Below, piece after piece: positions 59,544 to 64,000 of a stretch of 64,000 bases of DNA. Both the position numbers and the translations under genes were made by a program. The stretch is from the IMG/VR virus record IMGVR_UViG_3300026518_000009, positions 1 to 64,000 of that record, one strand, 5' to 3'. Source of the stretch: a virus. Under the pieces are notes generated by a model, which saw nothing but the letters and a program-made list of their open reading frames with translations, was not told the DNA's origin and ran no database searches. Position 1 is the first letter of the stretch. Every line of letters starts with the position of its first letter.

Positions 59544-61856
59544 ATGGTTGATAGTTCACATAAAACTTTACCATTTATTGAATATGTACATAGTGATAAA
59601 TCTATGTATCCTAAAGCTAGTGAAACATTAAATACTAGATTAGGAGTTAATTATATAGATAAAGATAATGATTTTCTTATCGGTAATAGTGGTGGGTTTT
59701 TAATGAATTGGAATTTTAAGTTTATTGATACTTATATATTTAGTGAAGCAGCAAGAGCATATGAAGAAAATAGACATAATCCTGATATAGTTAATTGGGT
59801 TAATAGTATTACTATTAGTAAAAGTGAAAATAGAAATAAGTATTATTATTGTCCTCATAGATTTGGTACTGAAGAATATAATAAATTTTGGAGAAGAGAA
59901 ACATATCGTAGAAGAAATGGTATGACAGCTAAATGTAAATTATTATCTACTGGTAAGATAGTTAATTTACATATTACAGGTGATCATTATAATTATCTTA
60001 ATTATAGTAGAATTAATAGAACTCCAACTAAAGATGAATTTGAAGAATTACATAAAAAAGGTGATTATAAAACAACTCTTATACAAGGATTTCCTAGATT
60101 TTGGGATGGAGATTACTGGAATTTTAAGATAGATTTCTTTATAGCAAATAATGGATTTCATTTAGCTAAAGGTAAAGCTCGTGGTAAAGGATACAGTAAT
60201 AAACGTGGAAGTCAAGCGGCAAATACATTAAATTTAATTCCAAGAGCTACTGTTGTATTAGCTGCAGATTTAATAGATTACTTAACTGATGCTGATGCAA
60301 CTGCTGGAATGGTTAAAACTAATCTTGATTGGTTAGAAAATAATACTCATTGGAGAAGATTTTATTTAAGTGAAGACTTAGAAGAACTTGAATTAGGATA
60401 TAAAACAAGTACTGGTGGAAATACTAAATATGGATATAGAAGTAAATTATATAGTGTTAGTATTCATGTTAATGAAAGTGCTGCGATTGGCAAGAAAGCA
60501 ATAGAAATAGATTTTGAAGAAGCTGGTAAATGTCCTAATCTTGAAAAAGCATTAAGTGTAACATTAAGTAGTACTGAAGTTGGTGCAGGCAATATTGGTA
60601 CAATTAGAGTATATGGAACTGCTGGCACTAAAGCTGCTAACTGGATACCTTTTTCTAATGTATTTTTTAATCCTTCTAGATATAAAATGATGCCATTTGA
60701 AAATGTGTGGGATTACGATGCTAGAAATAAAGTATGTGGCTTCTTTCATCCTCAAGTTCTTAATATGGAACCATTTATGGATAAATATGGTAATAGTTTA
60801 CTAGAAGAAGCATATGAATATGATAAAAAAGATAAGAAGTTACAAGAGAAAGAATTAACAATATCTCAATATATTACTTACGTTGGACAAAGAGCTAATA
60901 CTCCTGAAGAAGCTTTTAAACAAGGTGGTGAAAATATATTTAGTAGTATTGAATTAAGTACTCATATTGCTAGAGTATTATCTGATGATAGTATTGCATA
61001 TTATAGAGATGGAATGATTGTATCTACTGAAAAAGGATTAGAATTTAAAACTAATTTAGAATTAAAAGCTGCTGGTATAACAACTCATCCATATATAACT
61101 GATGTTCCATTTTCTGTCAAAGATGATATATATGGTTGTATTAGAGAATATTATCCTCCTTATTTAGTAGATGGAAAAGTTCCCTCTGATCTATATTATG
61201 TAACATATGATACAGTTGGAATAGATAAAAATAGGAAATATATTACAAATAAACATTCTCTAAATTCAATGCAAGTAATAATGTATCCAAATAATTATAC
61301 TAATACTAGAGGTGATATTATAGTAGCTAGTTATGCTGGAAGACCAGATAGAATGGAAGAAGCTGATAAAATATTTCTTAATTTATGTAAAAGATATAAT
61401 ACTATAGGTGGTGGAGTAGTTGAACGTGATAGAGGAGAAACAATTAGTAATTTTAGAAAATGGAAAGAAACTAAATGGTTATCTACTGATCCAACTATAA
61501 TATTATCTAATAAACGTAAAATGGTAGACGCTGTATTATATGGTATTTCAATTGGTTCTGGGGATAATGCTATGCGTGGTTTAGAAATGCTTAGAGATTG
61601 GTTATATACTAAAGTTGGGGATGATGAAAATGGAAATCCAATATATGTGTTCCATTATATAAACGACTTACCCTTTTTAAAAGAGTTGTCTATGTTTAAT
61701 TTTAATGATAATTTTGACCGTATAAGTTCTATGAGAGTAGGAATGTTTAAATTAAATGCAATGAAAGTAAAACATAAGTCTGATATGATTGCAGCATCTA
61801 AATTTCATAGTGCTAGTGTATATAGTCAAATTGGTTTATATGGATATAATAATTAA
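59544..61856 (+). CDS. terL: Terminase large subunit (crAss type)
   Basis: ITGDHYNYLNY, FPRFWDGDY, Walker A KARGKGYS, Walker B IDFEEAG, GTAG, and nuclease acidic motifs TYD and NFDRISS. Confidence 0.93.
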   Translation: MVDSSHKTLPFIEYVHSDKSMYPKASETLNTRLGVNYIDKDNDFLIGNSGGFLMNWNFKFIDTYIFSEAARAYEENRHNPDIVNWVNSITISKSENRNKYYYCPHRFGTEEYNKFWRRETYRRRNGMTAKCKLLSTGKIVNLHITGDHYNYLNYSRINRTPTKDEFEELHKKGDYKTTLIQGFPRFWDGDYWNFKIDFFIANNGFHLAKGKARGKGYSNKRGSQAANTLNLIPRATVVLAADLIDYLTDADATAGMVKTNLDWLENNTHWRRFYLSEDLEELELGYKTSTGGNTKYGYRSKLYSVSIHVNESAAIGKKAIEIDFEEAGKCPNLEKALSVTLSSTEVGAGNIGTIRVYGTAGTKAANWIPFSNVFFNPSRYKMMPFENVWDYDARNKVCGFFHPQVLNMEPFMDKYGNSLLEEAYEYDKKDKKLQEKELTISQYITYVGQRANTPEEAFKQGGENIFSSIELSTHIARVLSDDSIAYYRDGMIVSTEKGLEFKTNLELKAAGITTHPYITDVPFSVKDDIYGCIREYYPPYLVDGKVPSDLYYVTYDTVGIDKNRKYITNKHSLNSMQVIMYPNNYTNTRGDIIVASYAGRPDRMEEADKIFLNLCKRYNTIGGGVVERDRGETISNFRKWKETKWLSTDPTIILSNKRKMVDAVLYGISIGSGDNAMRGLEMLRDWLYTKVGDDENGNPIYVFHYINDLPFLKELSMFNFNDNFDRISSMRVGMFKLNAMKVKHKSDMIAASKFHSASVYSQIGLYGYNN

Positions 61857-61859
61857 TAT

Positions 61860-64000
61860 ATGATAAGTACTAGACAAGACCAACGTGTTTCAGTCGCTAA
61901 AAAACAGAGTGAAGGATGGTATATGCCAAATATTCATTATTATATTGGTATGGCTACTGCATTAAATAATAAAAACAATACACAAGAAAATCTTAATGCT
62001 GCTAATGGAATAATAGATACTACTACGTATAATTATGTATTGAATCCTATACAATTTGATGGTAATATACTAAGAAAACTTCCAGGAGAAATAAGGGATG
62101 TTGATTTTATTAATCCAATTAGGGAAAAGAATATAGGTGAATATTTAGAATTACCACATAATTATACTGTAAAAGTTGATGACCCTAATACTTCATTGTT
62201 AAGAAATAAACAAGTTGCTGATGAATTAACTCCAATATTACAGCAAGCAGTAATAAATTTAATTAATAATGAAAAAAATAATCCTAATGGATTACAACAA
62301 CAATTAAATAATCAACAAAATCAGCAGGAGCAACAACAAAATCAACAAGACATAAGTCAGCAAAATCAACAACCTCAACAAAATCAACAAGTAGAATCCC
62401 AAATTCCTATAAGTGGAGTTCCATCTGCGGATATTAAAGATATTAAAGCTGTAATAAAAGAAGCTACTGATAACTGGTTTGATAGTAGAGCTGAAAGAGT
62501 TAGTAATCTTATTCAATGGATATGTGATAATAATGATTCAGAAAATAAAAGATTAACACTCTTTAATTATTGGTGGAGTACAGAAGAATGTTATATTCGT
62601 ACATATATTAATAATAATGAAGTATTATATGAAATTATCAGTCCATTAGAAGGTTATCCTATTGATAATAGTTATGAGTTTGTAGATGACCATGAGGCAT
62701 TTGTTATAATGCGATATATTAGTATTAATACTATATATGAAAGATATGAAGATAAATTATCTAAAGCTGATATAGAATATCTAAAAGAATTACAAAATAG
62801 AACTAATTCTACTGGTTTATGTACTATTACTGCTCAATTAGTAACTGATATTTATGGAAGAAAAGTATTTGATGAAAATAATAATGCTGTTCCTGGAAAT
62901 ACCTCTTATAATATTTCTAAAAATGGAATGATTAGAGAAGTTATATTATATTTTAAAACTAGTACTAAACGTAGAATACTATATAAATATAATCAATTAG
63001 GTACTGTTGTATCAGAGGTAATTCAAGATAAAAATTTTGTATTTGATACATCCAAAGGCCATATTAGTATAGAGAATGAATGGATTACTGAAACTTGGGA
63101 ACAAGTATTGTTAGGAGAATATTATATTGGTATATATTTAAAGCCAGAACCAATTCCAGTACAAATATATGATGCTAATGGTCATAATAAACTTCCTATA
63201 ATTGGTAAGAAAGGTCTTATTAATGGAGTATATATTAATCCTATTCCTCATAGAATTGCACCTAATTTAGCATTATATAGAATAATTACATTACAAATAG
63301 AACGACAGTTTGCAAAATACAAAGGTAGTATGGAGCTTATTCCTAAATCTATGCTATTAGGTGATAATGGTGATATAAAAGGTAATATGTTTTATCGTAT
63401 TGCTGATGGTACTATTATATATGATGATCAAGCTGTAGATTTTAATACTGCTGCTCAAGGATATAGAATAGTTGGTAATGATGCTGCAACTAACTATATT
63501 AAAGCTTTAATTGATTTTAGAGATATGATTAAAGCTGAGGCATGGGATATGGCAAATATGAATGAAAGTAGATATGGAAATGCTCCTGCAAGTGCTACAG
63601 TTACAAATAATAATCAAAATATATTTAGAGCTAAATTAGGTAGTGTATTAATGATTACTACATTTAATAGTATATTATTAAGATTATATCGACAATTGGT
63701 TGAATATGCTAAAGTAGCTTATGTTAATGGAGTATCTGGTGCAATCAGAGATGATGCTGAAAATAAGATTACTTATTTTAATATAGATAGTGGAGAATTA
63801 ACTGAAAATAATTATGGTATATTTATGTCTAATGCTGTATTAGATTTAAATAAATTAGAAGAATATAAAAAATTAGCATTTAGTGCTAGTCAGAATGGTG
63901 ATTTTGATATTGCTATGGAAGCTATTGATTCTGATAATATTAGTAGGATTAGAAAACATATTAAAGAATTAGTTAAAGCTAATAAAGAATATCAACGTGA
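61860..64000 (+). CDS. Portal protein (3' truncated by the window; absent from the track)
   Basis: MISTRQDQRVS...YNYVLNP...LPGEIRDVDFINPI...GEY...KLPIIG...AWDMANMN.SRYG; follows terL, and the frame is open at the window end. Confidence 0.85.
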   Translation, partial: MISTRQDQRVSVAKKQSEGWYMPNIHYYIGMATALNNKNNTQENLNAANGIIDTTTYNYVLNPIQFDGNILRKLPGEIRDVDFINPIREKNIGEYLELPHNYTVKVDDPNTSLLRNKQVADELTPILQQAVINLINNEKNNPNGLQQQLNNQQNQQEQQQNQQDISQQNQQPQQNQQVESQIPISGVPSADIKDIKAVIKEATDNWFDSRAERVSNLIQWICDNNDSENKRLTLFNYWWSTEECYIRTYINNNEVLYEIISPLEGYPIDNSYEFVDDHEAFVIMRYISINTIYERYEDKLSKADIEYLKELQNRTNSTGLCTITAQLVTDIYGRKVFDENNNAVPGNTSYNISKNGMIREVILYFKTSTKRRILYKYNQLGTVVSEVIQDKNFVFDTSKGHISIENEWITETWEQVLLGEYYIGIYLKPEPIPVQIYDANGHNKLPIIGKKGLINGVYINPIPHRIAPNLALYRIITLQIERQFAKYKGSMELIPKSMLLGDNGDIKGNMFYRIADGTIIYDDQAVDFNTAAQGYRIVGNDAATNYIKALIDFRDMIKAEAWDMANMNESRYGNAPASATVTNNNQNIFRAKLGSVLMITTFNSILLRLYRQLVEYAKVAYVNGVSGAIRDDAENKITYFNIDSGELTENNYGIFMSNAVLDLNKLEEYKKLAFSASQNGDFDIAMEAIDSDNISRIRKHIKELVKANKEYQR

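Noticed and set aside
43184-61856. Introns or inteins in the polymerase, helicase or terminase genes
   Set aside because: Motifs are contiguous at normal spacing and no homing-endonuclease ORFs are visible.
56684-62516. Minus-strand ORFs at 56684, 57708, 58666, 60564 and 62304
   Set aside because: Antisense shadows; 62304 is the Leu-rich mirror of the portal poly-Q tract.
1-64000. Stop-codon reassignment (TAG/TGA recoding known in some crAss-like phages)
   Set aside because: Very long genes (5220, 1405 and 770 aa) are intact in code 11, coding density is high, and no suppressor tRNA was seen.

Overview
The window is about 64 kb of a very AT-rich (spot counts about 20-25% GC) crAss-like (Crassvirales-type) dsDNA phage, read in the standard genetic code. 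The host is probably a Bacteroidota species, judged from TTG-N19/20-TAnnTTTG promoters and a BACON domain. There are four blocks. (1) + strand, 1-28114: end of the tail-fibre region, a 1405-aa tail/muzzle-type protein, two cargo/ejection proteins, and a single 5220-aa polyprotein carrying the virion RNA polymerase DFDID motif and a zincin HExxH motif. (2) - strand, 28289-55089: a complete replication/early block with dUTPase, DUF932, Gp157-like protein (apparently frameshifted), DHH phosphoesterase, ATP-dependent ligase, primase, SSB, RecT-like protein, SF2 helicase, family B polymerase, family-4 UDG, SF1 helicase and many small ORFs. (3) A non-coding divergence zone of about 1 kb (55090-56163) with repeats and promoters. 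(4) + strand, 56164-64000: GroES-like, HU/IHF-like, PD-(D/E)XK nuclease, terminase and portal (runs off the window). The most unusual part is the promoter-proximal end of the leftward unit (about 52.6-55.2 kb). There, small envelope proteins (a lipoprotein with u-spanin-like topology, a YajC-like protein and two hydrophobic micropeptides) alternate with non-coding spacers that fold into multi-hairpin structures whose G-U pairs favour the transcribed strand. All family calls come from motif recognition by eye; no database search was run.
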